A stretch of 64,000 nt of DNA from an uncultured cyanobacterium (GCA_963793425.1 CAWCAG010000009.1:1024001-1088000), one strand, 5' to 3'; counted from the stretch's first letter, positions 10,190 to 21,764 are shown. A program made the numbers and translations. Notes: generated from the letters alone by a model not told the origin.

Positions 10190-11064
10190 ATGAAAACTAA
10201 AACATTACTTAAATTTATTCCAGCCACATTAGCTTGTTGCCTTGTCTTATCACCTCAAACTCTCAAAGCTCAACCCCAAATAGAAATTCCTGCACCACTT
10301 CCAGACTCTTCTATTCCAGGAGAATCAGCTTATGCTCAGTATATGAGATTAGGCTACGCCGCTTCTCAAAGAGGTGACTTCACAGTTGCTGCTAGTTATT
10401 TTCGTAGCGCCCTTTACGAACGCCCTCAAGACAGAGAAGCAACCATTGCTTATTGGAACGCTAAAGATGCTCTGCAAGAGACTCCGAATGAGGGTGAAAC
10501 TGCCTATGATCGCTACATGGAAATTGCTTATGATGCAACGGAACAAGAAGATTATCAAACTGCTTTAATTAACTTTCAAAGAGCTTTAGAAGAAAGACCA
10601 GGAGATTACTACGCTACTCAAGCGATTCGGAATGTTAAAACTTACATTGAGCGTGGTCAAGACCCTTCTCTCCAGGAGGTGTTGTTTCTGAACCCACAGT
10701 TTATCCAGGAGAGTTACCTTACGACCGCTATATGAGACTGGGGTATGCAGCTGAACAGAGGGAAGATTATCAAGCTGCTATTAGACATTTCCGCAGTGCT
10801 TTATACGAACGTCCTAAAGACCGGCAGGCAACTACTGCTTACTGGAATGCAAAAGATGCTTTTAAAAACAAGGGTAGTAATAGTACAGAAGTAGAAAGTG
10901 ATTATGACCGTTATATGCGTATTGGTTATGATGCAACAGAACGAGGAAACTATCAAACCGCGTTGATTAATTTCCGAAGAGCGTTAGAAGTGCGGCCAGG
11001 AGATACCTATGCAGCCCAAGCTATTCGTAATGTCACAACTTATATTAATCGTGGCGATGGCTAA
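10190..11064 (+). CDS. Secreted TPR-like repeat protein, split by one frameshift near 10670
   Basis: Signal peptide; repeats of Y.RYMR.GY.A; alternate frame reads SPGGVVSEPTVYPGELPYDRYMRL straight into ORF 10732. Confidence 0.75.
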
Positions 11065-11140
11065 CTGGCTAATTAAGTCTGTTTCCCTTTCTCCTCATCA
11101 CTGTATCTCCAACGAAACAAAGAAAAAAAGAAAAACGGCA

Positions 11141-11788
11141 TTAGTACTTGTCGTTTTTCTGCCCCAAAATTGTGTAAATACCCGCTTTAGAGACTAAAAT
11201 ACCTAATGCAGCTAGACCTAAAAATGTGGAAGGTTCTGGAACTTCTTGAGGTTTTGGTGGCTTATCTACAGGAGTTGGCTGCTCAAAAGCTACAGTGCCG
11301 CCAGCAAAAAAGTTAAAATTTTCATCAAAGTAGGTAAAGTCTCTTTTGCCATCAAAAGGATTGACGAAAATGTCAAAGCCTAGTATTTGAGGAGGAAGAG
11401 GATTGTTGGGAAGCATACCAAAGGTTGTATCTACAACATATTGCAACCCAATTAATTCTCCATCTAAAAAGTCCAAGCGAAGACCGTTATCTTCTCCTGT
11501 TGCTCCTCCATTGTTGTCAAATTCATCAAAATCATAACCCAGACCAAAATTAAAATTGACCTGAATTTTGCCGGAACCATTGAGTGTTTCAGAACCTACT
11601 CCAGTCAAAAGACTATCATCAAAGGTGAAATCTCCAAGGAAAGTTTGATTAGCAAAGGGGCCCTGTTCAGCCGTAACTTTGAAATCAAATGATTTAGTGA
11701 GGGCTGATACTGGCTCAACTTCTATAGTTGTACTGAGTAAAAGAGCAGCACCAATGAGGACAAACTTTTGTGGGAGGGTATTCAGCAT
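11141..11788 (-). CDS. PEP-CTERM sorting domain protein
   Basis: Signal peptide; C-terminal VPEPSTFLGLAALG plus hydrophobic and basic tail. Confidence 0.9.
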   Translation of the reverse strand: MLNTLPQKFVLIGAALLLSTTIEVEPVSALTKSFDFKVTAEQGPFANQTFLGDFTFDDSLLTGVGSETLNGSGKIQVNFNFGLGYDFDEFDNNGGATGEDNGLRLDFLDGELIGLQYVVDTTFGMLPNNPLPPQILGFDIFVNPFDGKRDFTYFDENFNFFAGGTVAFEQPTPVDKPPKPQEVPEPSTFLGLAALGILVSKAGIYTILGQKNDKY

Positions 11789-12359
11789 TTAGTATTACCT
11801 TGAGTTGATCATTTTCAAAATTCTCAATGTTATTTGTGCATAAGCGGAGCTATGAGGCTTGTCATATTTCTAATTGATTTCTAGTTAAGACTACTTTAGC
11901 TATTGCTATAGTTAAGTTGCCATAGGTTTTCTACATCTTCATTGAATCTTTATTCGTTCTAATTGTTTCTTTAAGATGAGTAATAAATTTGCTTTTGTTT
12001 CTAACGTTTATAAGTGTTAATGCCATAGCATAGCTTATTTACTAGCAAAAACAGAAAGTTTTTAAGAATATTTACGTAGTATCCTGTTTGGTTAAAACAA
12101 GCTATCTGGTTGATAAGAAGTAGGACTTTACTTTATCAATACATCTAGATTGAGATTTTTAAGTATAAAAATTGAGTGTAAATGACAAATAAACCATGAA
12201 ATTCAAATTTTTTCTTGATATAAAAGGCAATCATTTTTTCCTTGGTAAAATAAAATTTAGATTTGTTAAATCTAACTCAGTTACTACTCATTGCTGCTTT
12301 TAGTAATTATCATTGTTCGTAGTTTATTCAAAAGTAACTTCTGGAGGAAACTACCAACT

Positions 12360-12899
12360 ATGTCTGAACCATTTCTAGGTGAAATTAAAATGATTGCCTT
12401 TGACTTTGCACCTAAAGGATTTGCTTTTTGTTACGGTCAGGTACTAAGTATTAGTCAGAATCAATCCCTCTTCAACCTCATAGGAGATACTTATGGTGGA
12501 AATGGCACTAGTACTTTTGCTTTGCCTGATTTGAGGGGTAGAGTCCCTATTAATGCAGGACAAGGGCCTGGTTTAAGCAATAGAACTTTAGGTCAATCAG
12601 GAGGTAGTGAGACTGTTACTTTAACTGAGAGTCAGCTTCCTGCCCATAATCATGATCTGAATGCTGATCTGAACGCTACTAGTAGTAATGCCAATACTTG
12701 TGACCCCGCAGGCAAATTACTAGCAAAATCTAACCGACCGACTTATCTTTCCGGAACTGCTAATATTAAACTCGATTCTGATTCTATTAGCGGTTCGACA
12801 AGTAGTGTAGGAGGTGGTCAGACCCATAATAATGTGCAACCTTTTCTTAGTATTAACTTTGTTATTGCTTTAACCGGTATATTTCCTTCAGAGAATTAA
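12360..12899 (+). CDS. Phage tail-collar domain protein (microcystin-dependent protein MdpB-like)
   Basis: MSEPFLGEIKMIAFDFAP, YGGNG.STFALPDLRGR, HNNVQPFLSINFVIALTGIFP; GGAGG RBS. Confidence 0.9.
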   Translation: MSEPFLGEIKMIAFDFAPKGFAFCYGQVLSISQNQSLFNLIGDTYGGNGTSTFALPDLRGRVPINAGQGPGLSNRTLGQSGGSETVTLTESQLPAHNHDLNADLNATSSNANTCDPAGKLLAKSNRPTYLSGTANIKLDSDSISGSTSSVGGGQTHNNVQPFLSINFVIALTGIFPSEN

Positions 12900-12992
12900 T
12901 AGTTGTTGAGAAAAAGGGCAATGGGTTGATAGAGACGAGAAACTTGATATGATTTTTTTCAGCTAGGAGGAGTCCAAGGCTTTCAACATCTC

Positions 12993-15557
12993 TTGAAACC
13001 AGCAACCCCTTTATCTGGGAGGAAGAAGGAAATTAGCACCGATAAGACTACCAAAGGGCAATTTATTACCACCGAACCTCTGGGTAAAAGCGGTGAAGCA
13101 GCAGAAAAACAAGTTTGGGAAGCAATCCAAGTTGCTTTTAAGGAAAGAGAATGTTTGGGCTATTGGCGCTATCCTATTTTCTCCCAGGTAGGGCAGTATC
13201 GTCGGGAACCAGATATTCTCATCGCTGATCGTCAGTTGGGATTGATTATTATTGAAGTTAAAGCCCTGAATATTGAACAAATTGTCCGAATTTCTGGGCA
13301 TTGTTGGGAATACCAGAACTTTTATACAACCAAAGGTAATCCTTATCAACAGGCGGAACAGCAACTATATACTCTTTTGGAATATAGCGATCGCGAACCT
13401 AGCTTAAACGGGCAGGTAACGGGGCGGGCTTTGGTTGCGTTGCCTTTAATTAGGGAAAGTCAGTGGCAAGAAAGAGGTTTTCAGCAACTACCCTCTTCTC
13501 CTCCTATTTTGCATCAAGATTTGCTTCAACCGGAAACTAGGCAGCTACTTCATCAACTCATTGCCAAAATTCCTCCCCTCACTCCTAGCAATCATCTCTC
13601 TACTGAACAGTGGCAATTACTTTTAGCAACCTTAGCTGGCACTCCTCTTTATGGCCAACCTACCCACCGTGTCCTCACCGCTGAGACTTCTAAGGGCAGC
13701 ATCTTACAACAGATACGCACCAGCAAAGGTATCCTCGACTGGGAACAGGAACGTATTGCTAAACAAATTCCTCCGGGGCCACAGCGTCTTAGAGGGGTTG
13801 CCGGTTCAGGAAAGTCGGTTCTCCTTTGTCAAAAAGCGGCCCACTTCCATCTAAAATATCCCCACTGGCAAATTGCTTTAGTCTTTTTCTCCCGCAGTCT
13901 TTACTACCCAATTGTCGCTCAGGTAGATCGCTGGCTGCGGTATTTTAGCTGCAACCAAGTGAGTTATGACCCACAAAACTACAACCTGCGAGTTCTCCAT
14001 GCTTGGGGTAGCCGTCAGCAACCGGGTTTGTATAGTGTTCTCTGCCGTCAAACTGGCATCCCTCCCCTCGCTGTAACTGATACCCGAAGTCGGCAACCCC
14101 AGGAAGCATTAGCGGAAGCTTGCACAGACTTGCTGCAACAGGCTGCTATTCCCCAACTCTTTGATGCTATCCTCATTGATGAAGGGCAAGATTTACTAGT
14201 AGAGCCAGAGTATAAGTATCAGCATAAACAACCTTTCTATTGGTTAGCTTATCAGGCATTGCACCCAGCAAACCCTGCTCAACCAGAACAGAAAAGATTG
14301 ATCTGGGCTGATGATGAGGCCCAGAGTTTAACCAGTCTCCGGGTAGCTAATGCTCAAGAACTGTTTGGGGAAGAATTAGCCCATTTAGTCGCTGGTGAGT
14401 ATAGTGGTGGTATGGCCAAAACTGCTCTGTTGCGCCGTTCCTACCGTACACCAGAAAGCATTTTAACCGTAGCCCAGGCCCTGAGTATGGGTTTCCTGAA
14501 ACCAGGGGGTATGGTGACAGGCATGAGTAGTTTGGCAGACTGGCAAGCTTTAGGTTATCGCTCTCAGGTGACGAATAGTTCTCTAGGCAGGGGGAAAGTT
14601 CTCACCATTGAACGTTTAGAGGATAACTCCCCTCACCCTTTGCCTCAACTTTGGACTGGAGAAATTATTGAGTTTCAGATTCACCGCGATCGCAACTCTG
14701 AGTTAGCCGCTCTAAGTCAGAATCTATTCTACAATCTTCGTTATGATGGTTTGCGCCCTAGTCGAGAACTATTGGTAATTATCCTTGGTAGTGGTTTAGA
14801 AGCTATAAAGTTAGAAAAAACAGTAGCCCAATTTTTGATCGCTCAGGGTTTAGATATTTATATTCCCAGCACTAGTACTCATAACCAGCTTCGCTCCGAC
14901 AAAAGCAACTCTCAACCCAACCAATTTTGGTATGAAGGGGCAATTACTATCAGCCGCATTCACCGAGCGAAGGGTCAGGAAGCAGATTTAGTTTATCTGG
15001 TTGGTTTAGAGCAAATCGCTAAAGAAGAGCATAATCTTTCCCTACGTAACCAACTATTGGTAGCCTTAACTAGAACCAGAGGTTGGGTTCACCTCAGCGG
15101 AATTGGTGACTACCCCTTATACGAAGAGTTGCACAGTATTATTCACAAAGGTACTAGCTTCAGCTTTCGCCAAGATCGTCCCCCTCAAAGACAAATTAGC
15201 CTTACCCCTGCCGGAGAAGTGCTGCAAAGCTATGGCCAAGGCAGTAGAAACTTTCAGAATGCTCATCTTTTGGGGGCGCAACTACCAGGAGTTAATCTCA
15301 GTAAAGCTAATCTAATCGGGGCTAATCTTAAAGGTGCTAACTTAGAAGGCGCAACATTGGATGGAGCCAAATTAGCGATCGCCAATTTGGCAGAAGCTAA
15401 TCTCTCTGGGGCTAGTCTACGTAAAGCTCAGTTAATGGGGGCTAATCTACAGGAAGCTAAGCTGAGAGATGCTGATTTGCAGTTTGCAGATGTAACAGAT
15501 GCTTTCCTGGAAGGAGCAGATTTAAAGGGGACGTTGCTAGAGCAAAATGAGATTTAA
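12993..15557 (+). CDS. NERD nuclease - SF1 helicase - pentapeptide repeat fusion
   Basis: EPDILI..IIEVK (PD-D/ExK); GVAGSGKS; IDEGQD; IHRAKGQE; VALTR; C-terminal A[N/D]LxG pentapeptides. Confidence 0.85.
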   Translation: MKPATPLSGRKKEISTDKTTKGQFITTEPLGKSGEAAEKQVWEAIQVAFKERECLGYWRYPIFSQVGQYRREPDILIADRQLGLIIIEVKALNIEQIVRISGHCWEYQNFYTTKGNPYQQAEQQLYTLLEYSDREPSLNGQVTGRALVALPLIRESQWQERGFQQLPSSPPILHQDLLQPETRQLLHQLIAKIPPLTPSNHLSTEQWQLLLATLAGTPLYGQPTHRVLTAETSKGSILQQIRTSKGILDWEQERIAKQIPPGPQRLRGVAGSGKSVLLCQKAAHFHLKYPHWQIALVFFSRSLYYPIVAQVDRWLRYFSCNQVSYDPQNYNLRVLHAWGSRQQPGLYSVLCRQTGIPPLAVTDTRSRQPQEALAEACTDLLQQAAIPQLFDAILIDEGQDLLVEPEYKYQHKQPFYWLAYQALHPANPAQPEQKRLIWADDEAQSLTSLRVANAQELFGEELAHLVAGEYSGGMAKTALLRRSYRTPESILTVAQALSMGFLKPGGMVTGMSSLADWQALGYRSQVTNSSLGRGKVLTIERLEDNSPHPLPQLWTGEIIEFQIHRDRNSELAALSQNLFYNLRYDGLRPSRELLVIILGSGLEAIKLEKTVAQFLIAQGLDIYIPSTSTHNQLRSDKSNSQPNQFWYEGAITISRIHRAKGQEADLVYLVGLEQIAKEEHNLSLRNQLLVALTRTRGWVHLSGIGDYPLYEELHSIIHKGTSFSFRQDRPPQRQISLTPAGEVLQSYGQGSRNFQNAHLLGAQLPGVNLSKANLIGANLKGANLEGATLDGAKLAIANLAEANLSGASLRKAQLMGANLQEAKLRDADLQFADVTDAFLEGADLKGTLLEQNEI

Positions 15558-15573
15558 ACAAGAGTAGATTTAT

Positions 15574-15867
15574 TTAATTAAATACAGCTTGGTAAAGTTG
15601 CCCTTTTCCATCAGAACCAATTGGTACTACAAATAGCTCTAGTTTGCCAAGCTGGTCTTGTTTAAAAGTGTAGGTTTCTTGGGGGAGAACAAAACCTTTT
15701 GGTAGACGGAAGACTAAATCAAAGGGTCGTCCTGTATCTAAGTTTTGCTCAGGATAGTCTGATACTTCGATTAATTCAACTTCCAGAAAGTCATTTTCAT
15801 CTAAAAAGACATAAAACTTTTGCTGGAGATAAGGACGAAAGTCACTACTTTTAAGTTTTGCTAGCAT
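15574..15867 (-). CDS. DUF6916-like small beta protein
   Basis: RPFDLVF...LPQETYTF...LELFVVPIG...YQAVFN, a family typical of tail-collar clusters. Confidence 0.7.
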   Translation of the reverse strand: MLAKLKSSDFRPYLQQKFYVFLDENDFLEVELIEVSDYPEQNLDTGRPFDLVFRLPKGFVLPQETYTFKQDQLGKLELFVVPIGSDGKGQLYQAVFN

Positions 15868-15900
15868 AAAATTATGTCGTTTAAATGGGTAAAAGCTTAC

Positions 15901-17340
15901 CTACTCCCCAACTTCCTGCTTCCTATCTTCGGGTTGATCAATATAAACCCTTACTCCTTTTTTTATACCAGATAGAATTTGAGTTTGGTCATTTATAGTT
16001 ATGCCCGCAGTTACAGGTTTAAATGCTGATTTTTTATTACCAGTAGGAACATAAACCCCAGTTTTTCCTTCCTCTGTCACAATTGCTACTGTGGGAACTA
16101 CTAATGCTGCCTCAATTTCTTCCCCCAAAAAGGTTACATCTACATTCATTCCTGATTTAAGTTCATCTTGCCCCTCTAACAAATTCACCTTAACTTGAAA
16201 AGAAGTAACATTTTGCTCTTCAATTGCTTCAGGGGCAACTAACTTAACTCTGCCCTCAAATACCTGATCAGGATAGGCATCGGCAACAACTTCTACCGGT
16301 TGCCCTGGTTTCAACTGCCCTACATCCACTTCAGGAACCTTAGCCGTCACTTCCAAACCTTTAGCTAAAGCAATAACAGAAGTAGAAGTTGCTGAAGCTG
16401 TACTAGAAGCAGAAGTGGTGGGGGTAACAAAAGAGCCTTCAGTGGCGTATTTTTGGGTCACGATGCCATCAAAAGGAGCTTTGAGGAGTGTATCATCCAA
16501 ATTCACCTTAGCTGCCTGTACTTGGGCTAGGGCAGCTTCAGTCGCAGCTTGGAGTTGAGCAACTTCTTCGGCACGACTTCCTTTTTCCAACTCTTCTAAA
16601 GCTGCCCTAGCTTCTGCTACTTGTGCTTCTAACTGGCTAATCCCTGGCGCTTGCGTTCTTTTTTCTTGCTGGAGTCGTCTTTCAGCTTCATCCAAAGATG
16701 CCCTAGCATTGCGATATTCCGTTAAAGTTTCTTGATATTGGTCTTCTGATATAGCCCCTTGTTGCTGTAAACTTTGGTAGCGTCTGGTGCGAGCTTCAGC
16801 CAAATCCAACCTTGCATTAGCTGCTTCAACCTGAGACTCTCCTTGAGCAATTTGTTCTGGATTAGAAAGTTTAGCTTCTTGCAAACGAGACTCTGCCTGC
16901 TCTAAACGCGCCCTTCCTTGGAGAATATCCCCTTTGCGATTCCCTGCGAGGGCTTCATCCAACCTTGCTTTAGCTTGTTGATAATCAGCCTGTGCCTTGG
17001 CGTACTGAGCTTGTAAGTCTTTATTTTCCATAATGGCCAGGACTTGCCCTTGCCGAACCTTCTGCCCCTGTTCCACAAGAAGTTCACCTAACCGCCCAGG
17101 ATTCTTGGGGCTAACATTAACACTTTGAATTGGCTCTACTTTACCACTAGCCGGGATGCGTAAAGTGAGGTCTTTTGCTTCTACAGGTACGGTTAATTCC
17201 TCAAGGTCTTGTTTTGGTTGAGCGTTATTAATAACCAAATAGCCCAGACTACCAATAATCAAAATACTTGTAGCCCCTAGTCCTATAGCCCAACGTAAAG
17301 GTTGTTTAACTTTACCAAAAAACGGAATTTCCATATTCAA
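15901..17340 (-). CDS. Efflux transporter periplasmic adaptor (HlyD/MacA-like)
   Basis: N-terminal TM, lipoyl halves, coiled coil, APFDGIV, VPEVDVG, LKSGMNV. Confidence 0.92.
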   Translation of the reverse strand: MNMEIPFFGKVKQPLRWAIGLGATSILIIGSLGYLVINNAQPKQDLEELTVPVEAKDLTLRIPASGKVEPIQSVNVSPKNPGRLGELLVEQGQKVRQGQVLAIMENKDLQAQYAKAQADYQQAKARLDEALAGNRKGDILQGRARLEQAESRLQEAKLSNPEQIAQGESQVEAANARLDLAEARTRRYQSLQQQGAISEDQYQETLTEYRNARASLDEAERRLQQEKRTQAPGISQLEAQVAEARAALEELEKGSRAEEVAQLQAATEAALAQVQAAKVNLDDTLLKAPFDGIVTQKYATEGSFVTPTTSASSTASATSTSVIALAKGLEVTAKVPEVDVGQLKPGQPVEVVADAYPDQVFEGRVKLVAPEAIEEQNVTSFQVKVNLLEGQDELKSGMNVDVTFLGEEIEAALVVPTVAIVTEEGKTGVYVPTGNKKSAFKPVTAGITINDQTQILSGIKKGVRVYIDQPEDRKQEVGE

Positions 17341-17533
17341 GAGCGATTGTCACATATAAGTATCGCTTTTCAAATCATCCTACTTTCCCTACCATAACGA
17401 AAACGAGGTTGGAGAAACCTTCATACTTAGGTACAAAATGGGGAACAAAAGAGCAGGAAATTAACCCTTGATTATCAATGATCATTGATCGCTGACTGTA
17501 CTAGGATATTGTTAATGATTATGAGGCGGCACC

Positions 17534-18412
17534 GTGCCTAAAAGTAATTGGTTATTTTCTTTTTTTGCTGGCGTAACTTCTTTGGGAAGCTTAGCGTTAC
17601 CAGCTTCTGGACAGGCTCTTTTACCTTACACCCTAGAACTTGATTCAGAACAGCTTGAACAACAAGGTTTAAATTTGGTACAGGATGCGGTGCAATTGGT
17701 AAGGTTTCAACAGTATGAACTAGCCTTACCAAGAGCAAAGTTAGCTACTCAAGTGGCTCCTGATAATTTTCAAACTTGGTTTGTTCTGGGCAGTTTATAC
17801 TTACAAAATGAAGAAGCAGATAAAGCCATTGAAAGCTTACAAATAGCTCGCTCTTTGTCTCCGGAAGACGAGTCTGGTATTCTTTTTACTCTTGGTTCGG
17901 CTTATTTTCAAAAGGAAAATTATCAAGCTGCTATAGAGAATATAGAGAAAGGTTTGGCAATAGAGCCAAATGCTGTGGAAGCTTTATTTGATTTGGGTAA
18001 CTCTTACTTGATGCTTAAGAATTACTCTAAAGCTTTGAGTAGTTATGAGCAGGCATACAATAAAGAACAAAAATTCTGGCCGGCGATTAATAATATCGGT
18101 TTGGTTAAATATGAACAAGGGGACATAACCGGAGCTATTAAACAATGGGAAAAAGCCCTAGAAATAGACTCTGAGGCCGCAGAACCCCAGTTGGCGATCG
18201 CTGTTGCTTGGTATACCCATCAAGCAGACAAGAAAGCTAGTGGTTTAGCTTTAGGTAAAGCTGCTTTAAACCAAGATAATCGCTATGGAGATTTAGAATT
18301 TCTCAAGCAAAATCTTTGGGGTGATCAGCTTTTAGCCGATACAGCTAGATTTTTGTCCGATCCTCAAGTTGAAGCACTTGTACCTCTAACTCCTGAGCTT
18401 AACTCAAGATAA
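17534..18412 (+). CDS. Tetratricopeptide repeat protein (signal peptide)
   Basis: Multiple 34-aa TPR units. Confidence 0.88.
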   Translation: MPKSNWLFSFFAGVTSLGSLALPASGQALLPYTLELDSEQLEQQGLNLVQDAVQLVRFQQYELALPRAKLATQVAPDNFQTWFVLGSLYLQNEEADKAIESLQIARSLSPEDESGILFTLGSAYFQKENYQAAIENIEKGLAIEPNAVEALFDLGNSYLMLKNYSKALSSYEQAYNKEQKFWPAINNIGLVKYEQGDITGAIKQWEKALEIDSEAAEPQLAIAVAWYTHQADKKASGLALGKAALNQDNRYGDLEFLKQNLWGDQLLADTARFLSDPQVEALVPLTPELNSR

Positions 18413-18497
18413 GTATTGGTTTAGAGATCACGATTTTCCCTCCTCTCCCTTGCCAAAATTGGCAATTAACAGTACATATGTATTGAGAGGGGGTAAT

Positions 18498-18533
18498 AGG
18501 AAATACCTTAGCTTTTAAACTAAGGTATTTCTT
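18498..18533. terminator. Hairpin between convergent genes
   Basis: GAAATACCTTAG-loop-CTAAGGTATTTC. Confidence 0.6.
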
Positions 18534-18600
18534 AAAGGTAAAGAGTGACAAAAAGGAGGTCAGAAGTCTTAATCACCTTCCTTCCTCTAACTCAACCAAA

Positions 18601-18998
18601 TTATTCTTTAGGCAACAGTTGGCGAATCTGTTCAACAAATTGTTGATGATCTACCACTGGTTTAGAGATGTAGCTATTAGCACCACTTTGTTTGAGGAAA
18701 CTTTCTTTGTCTCCTTCCATAGCATGGGCTGTGACCAAGATAATTGGTATTTCAGAGGTTTGAGGGTCTGCTTTTAACATTTGGGTAATTTTAATGCCAT
18801 CTACAGCCTTACCTCGGTAAACGCTGTGGGCAAGAGAAACATCCATCAAAATAATATCGGCCCCCCTGCTTGGGCAATTTCCATCACCTCTTCTACATCT
18901 TCAGTATGTTTAACATCCAAACCCGCGCGTTTGGTAAGAATCTTAGAAAAAACGCGAGCATTAATAGGATCGTCTTCTACAATCAAAACGGTTGTCAT
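18601..18998 (-). CDS. Single-domain response regulator (DivK-like); 1-nt deletion in a G homopolymer at ~18861
   Basis: MTTVLIVEDDPINARVF...AQAGG / ADIILMDVSL...VTAHAMEGD...ISKP; 398 nt, one base short of 133 codons. Confidence 0.85.
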
Positions 18999-19145
18999 AG
19001 GCGTAGCCTCAAGGGAGTCGCTGTAAATAAGGGCGAATTTTAAGATAAAACTGACAAGGACTTTTGTAATGTTGCCATCAACAGCAGCAATAAGTCATTA
19101 ATTAATTCATTATCTTTGTTTTAAGGAAAGTAGGATAAATAACTC

Positions 19146-21659
19146 ATGGCAAAACAGCTAAACCTGTTAGAAAGTGGTCAGATAGTTCCCACCGCGATAC
19201 ATACAGAAATGGAACGGTCTTATCTTGAATATGCCATGAGTGTCATAGTTGGTAGGGCCTTACCTGATGTTCGAGACGGGCTAAAACCTGTCCATCGACG
19301 AATTTTGTATGCCATGCACGAACTAGGTTTGACCCCAGACCGACCTTATCGTAAATGTGCCAGAGTAGTTGGAGATGTTTTAGGTAAATATCATCCCCAC
19401 GGAGATCAGTCCGTTTATGACGCATTGGTACGGATGGTACAAGATTTCTCCAGTCGTCATCCCCTGTTATCCGGACATGGGAACTTTGGTTCGGTGGATA
19501 ATGACCCTCCCGCTGCGATGCGCTATACAGAAACACGACTGGCAGAAATTGCTCATCAAGCTCTGTTGAGGGAAATTGGCGAAGCAACTGTTGATTTTAC
19601 AAGCAACTTTGACAATTCTCAGCAAGAACCAGTAGTACTACCAGCTCAGTTACCTATATTATTGCTTAATGGTTGTTCCGGAATAGCAGTAGGTATGGCC
19701 ACCAATGTACCTCCTCATAACTTGGGAGAGGTGGTAGATGGCTTAATTGCCTTGATTGATAAGCCTAATTTACCTGATGAAAAACTTTGGCAATTAATTA
19801 GGGGACCAGATTTTCCCACTGGGGGAGAGATTATTGAAACCGCAGTCATTAAGGAAGTTTATCGCCAAGGGAGAGGAAGTATCCCTCTGCGGGGGGTTGC
19901 TGCCATTGAAAAGTTGCGTACCGAAGGTAAGCGACGCAGAATTAAGACAGCGATTGTGGTGACAGAATTACCTTTCCAGGTTAATAAAGCAGGTTGGATT
20001 GAAAAAGTTGCTGATTTGGTTAATCAAGGGCGTTTAGAAGGCATCTCTGATATTCGCGATGAGAGCGATCGCGATGGTATGCGGGTGGTGATTGAATTAA
20101 AACGTGATACTAATGCTCAACAAATTCTCCGTCAACTCTACAAACAAACAGCCCTACAAAATAACTTTGGGGCCATTATGCTGGCGTTGGTGGATAACAA
20201 GCCCTGTCAGCTCTCTTTGAGGGAATTATTAGAAAAGTTCCTTAGCTTCCGAGAACAAACCCTTACTCGGCTTTATAGATACGAATTAGAGCAGAATCAA
20301 AGAAGAATTCATCTGGTTGAAGGGTTGTTAGCGGCACTCAAAAACTTAGATCGAGTTATTGAGATTTTACGCAATGCCCCCGATGGCAGCACAGCTAAAG
20401 TGACATTACAAGAAGAATTAGCAATTAGTGAACCCCAAGCCGATTCTATTTTAGCTATGCCGATGCGCCGCTTGACGGGGTTAGAAAGGCAGAAGTTACA
20501 GACAGAGTATGAGGAATTACAAGAAAAGATTGCTGAGTTAAACAAATTATTAGGCGATCGCGGGGAGTTCTTAAAAGCCCTGAAAAAAGAGTTACGTTCT
20601 TTGAAGCGTAAATATGGTAATCCTCGCCGTACTAAAATTCTTTCAGCGGAGGAGGTACGAAAAGCTGCCGCTACAGCGAAGAAAGGGCAAAAAAGCAAAA
20701 AGTCCCCTCAGAAATCTAGTGTTGCACCAGTTTTGTCAGCAACAGAAGCTTTACCCCCCAAAGATGCAGTAATTGAGGTTACTCGCCAAGGATATGTTCA
20801 TTGGCAAACCCCCTCCGGAGGGAGAAAAGCTTCAACTAGCAATCGGGATTTTGTTGTCAATACTTTAGCTGTTAAGCAACAAGAGCAATTGGTGGTACTA
20901 ACAGCGAGTGGCAAGGCATATCCGGTTGCCCTCACAGAAATTCCCCAAGTAGGAAATATTAAAAAAACTCGTCTTTTAAGCTTATTACCAAAATCTGTCC
21001 AGAAGCCGGAAGAAAGGGTTGTAGGGCAATTTTTCTTGCCCCAGGACAAAAAACAAAAACCTCAAGATTTAGTCTTACTTACCAAAGAAGGGCGCATTAA
21101 ACGCTTGGCAATCTCAGAGTTGAAAGATTTAAGTAACCGAGGACTACAAGTAATTAAACTCAAAGACAAAGACAGCTTGGATTATGCTTGTTTGGCACAA
21201 GAAGGGCAACAAATGGCGATCGCCACTACAGGAGGGCGCATTTTACGTTTTGAGGTGAATGATGAACAATTGGCAATTATGGGACGTAATGCCCAAGGCA
21301 ATCAGGCTTTAAGGTTACGTTACAACGAGAATTTGGTTAGTGGCGTTGTTGTTAATGAAAATGATAGTCTTTTGCTAGTGTCAGGATTTGGTTATGCTAA
21401 GCGATTGGCAGTTAAATCTTTACGTTTGGCTAATCGAGGGGATATTGGTACTCAAGCTTTACAGTTTGCTGAGTCAGACGATTCCTTAGTAGGATTAATT
21501 TTAGCTCCGAAGCAAGCTAGTTTTACTCTTTTAACAGCGACGGATAAAGTAATTAGTTTACCGATTAAGCCTATTAAAAATTTGGGCAAGGATGGTACGG
21601 GGAATCATCTCTCAAAACTAAAAGCTAGAGAAAGAGTGAAAGAGATTTGGTTACAGTAA
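19146..21659 (+). CDS. Type IIA topoisomerase subunit A (GyrA paralogue without evident GyrA-box; ParC-like)
   Basis: [23 protein letters not shown]; beta-pinwheel C-terminal domain. Confidence 0.93.
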   Translation: MAKQLNLLESGQIVPTAIHTEMERSYLEYAMSVIVGRALPDVRDGLKPVHRRILYAMHELGLTPDRPYRKCARVVGDVLGKYHPHGDQSVYDALVRMVQDFSSRHPLLSGHGNFGSVDNDPPAAMRYTETRLAEIAHQALLREIGEATVDFTSNFDNSQQEPVVLPAQLPILLLNGCSGIAVGMATNVPPHNLGEVVDGLIALIDKPNLPDEKLWQLIRGPDFPTGGEIIETAVIKEVYRQGRGSIPLRGVAAIEKLRTEGKRRRIKTAIVVTELPFQVNKAGWIEKVADLVNQGRLEGISDIRDESDRDGMRVVIELKRDTNAQQILRQLYKQTALQNNFGAIMLALVDNKPCQLSLRELLEKFLSFREQTLTRLYRYELEQNQRRIHLVEGLLAALKNLDRVIEILRNAPDGSTAKVTLQEELAISEPQADSILAMPMRRLTGLERQKLQTEYEELQEKIAELNKLLGDRGEFLKALKKELRSLKRKYGNPRRTKILSAEEVRKAAATAKKGQKSKKSPQKSSVAPVLSATEALPPKDAVIEVTRQGYVHWQTPSGGRKASTSNRDFVVNTLAVKQQEQLVVLTASGKAYPVALTEIPQVGNIKKTRLLSLLPKSVQKPEERVVGQFFLPQDKKQKPQDLVLLTKEGRIKRLAISELKDLSNRGLQVIKLKDKDSLDYACLAQEGQQMAIATTGGRILRFEVNDEQLAIMGRNAQGNQALRLRYNENLVSGVVVNENDSLLLVSGFGYAKRLAVKSLRLANRGDIGTQALQFAESDDSLVGLILAPKQASFTLLTATDKVISLPIKPIKNLGKDGTGNHLSKLKARERVKEIWLQ

Positions 21660-21764
21660 AATAAAAGGACTGGTTTACTTAGTTACCAGCTTATAACTCA
21701 TATAGCTAAATACACGGGATTGAGTGAAAATGAAGTTGAACAACTGTAGTTTTATTACCAACAA

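Noticed and set aside
12360..12899. Prophage or contractile injection system
   Set aside because: No capsid, sheath, tube, baseplate or integrase genes nearby
18471..18484. LexA box AGTACATATGTATT
   Set aside because: One mismatch, and it lies between convergent gene ends
18855..18870. Phase variation of the response regulator
   Set aside because: A one-base loss in a short G run of a conserved gene is more simply a sequencing error; needs reads
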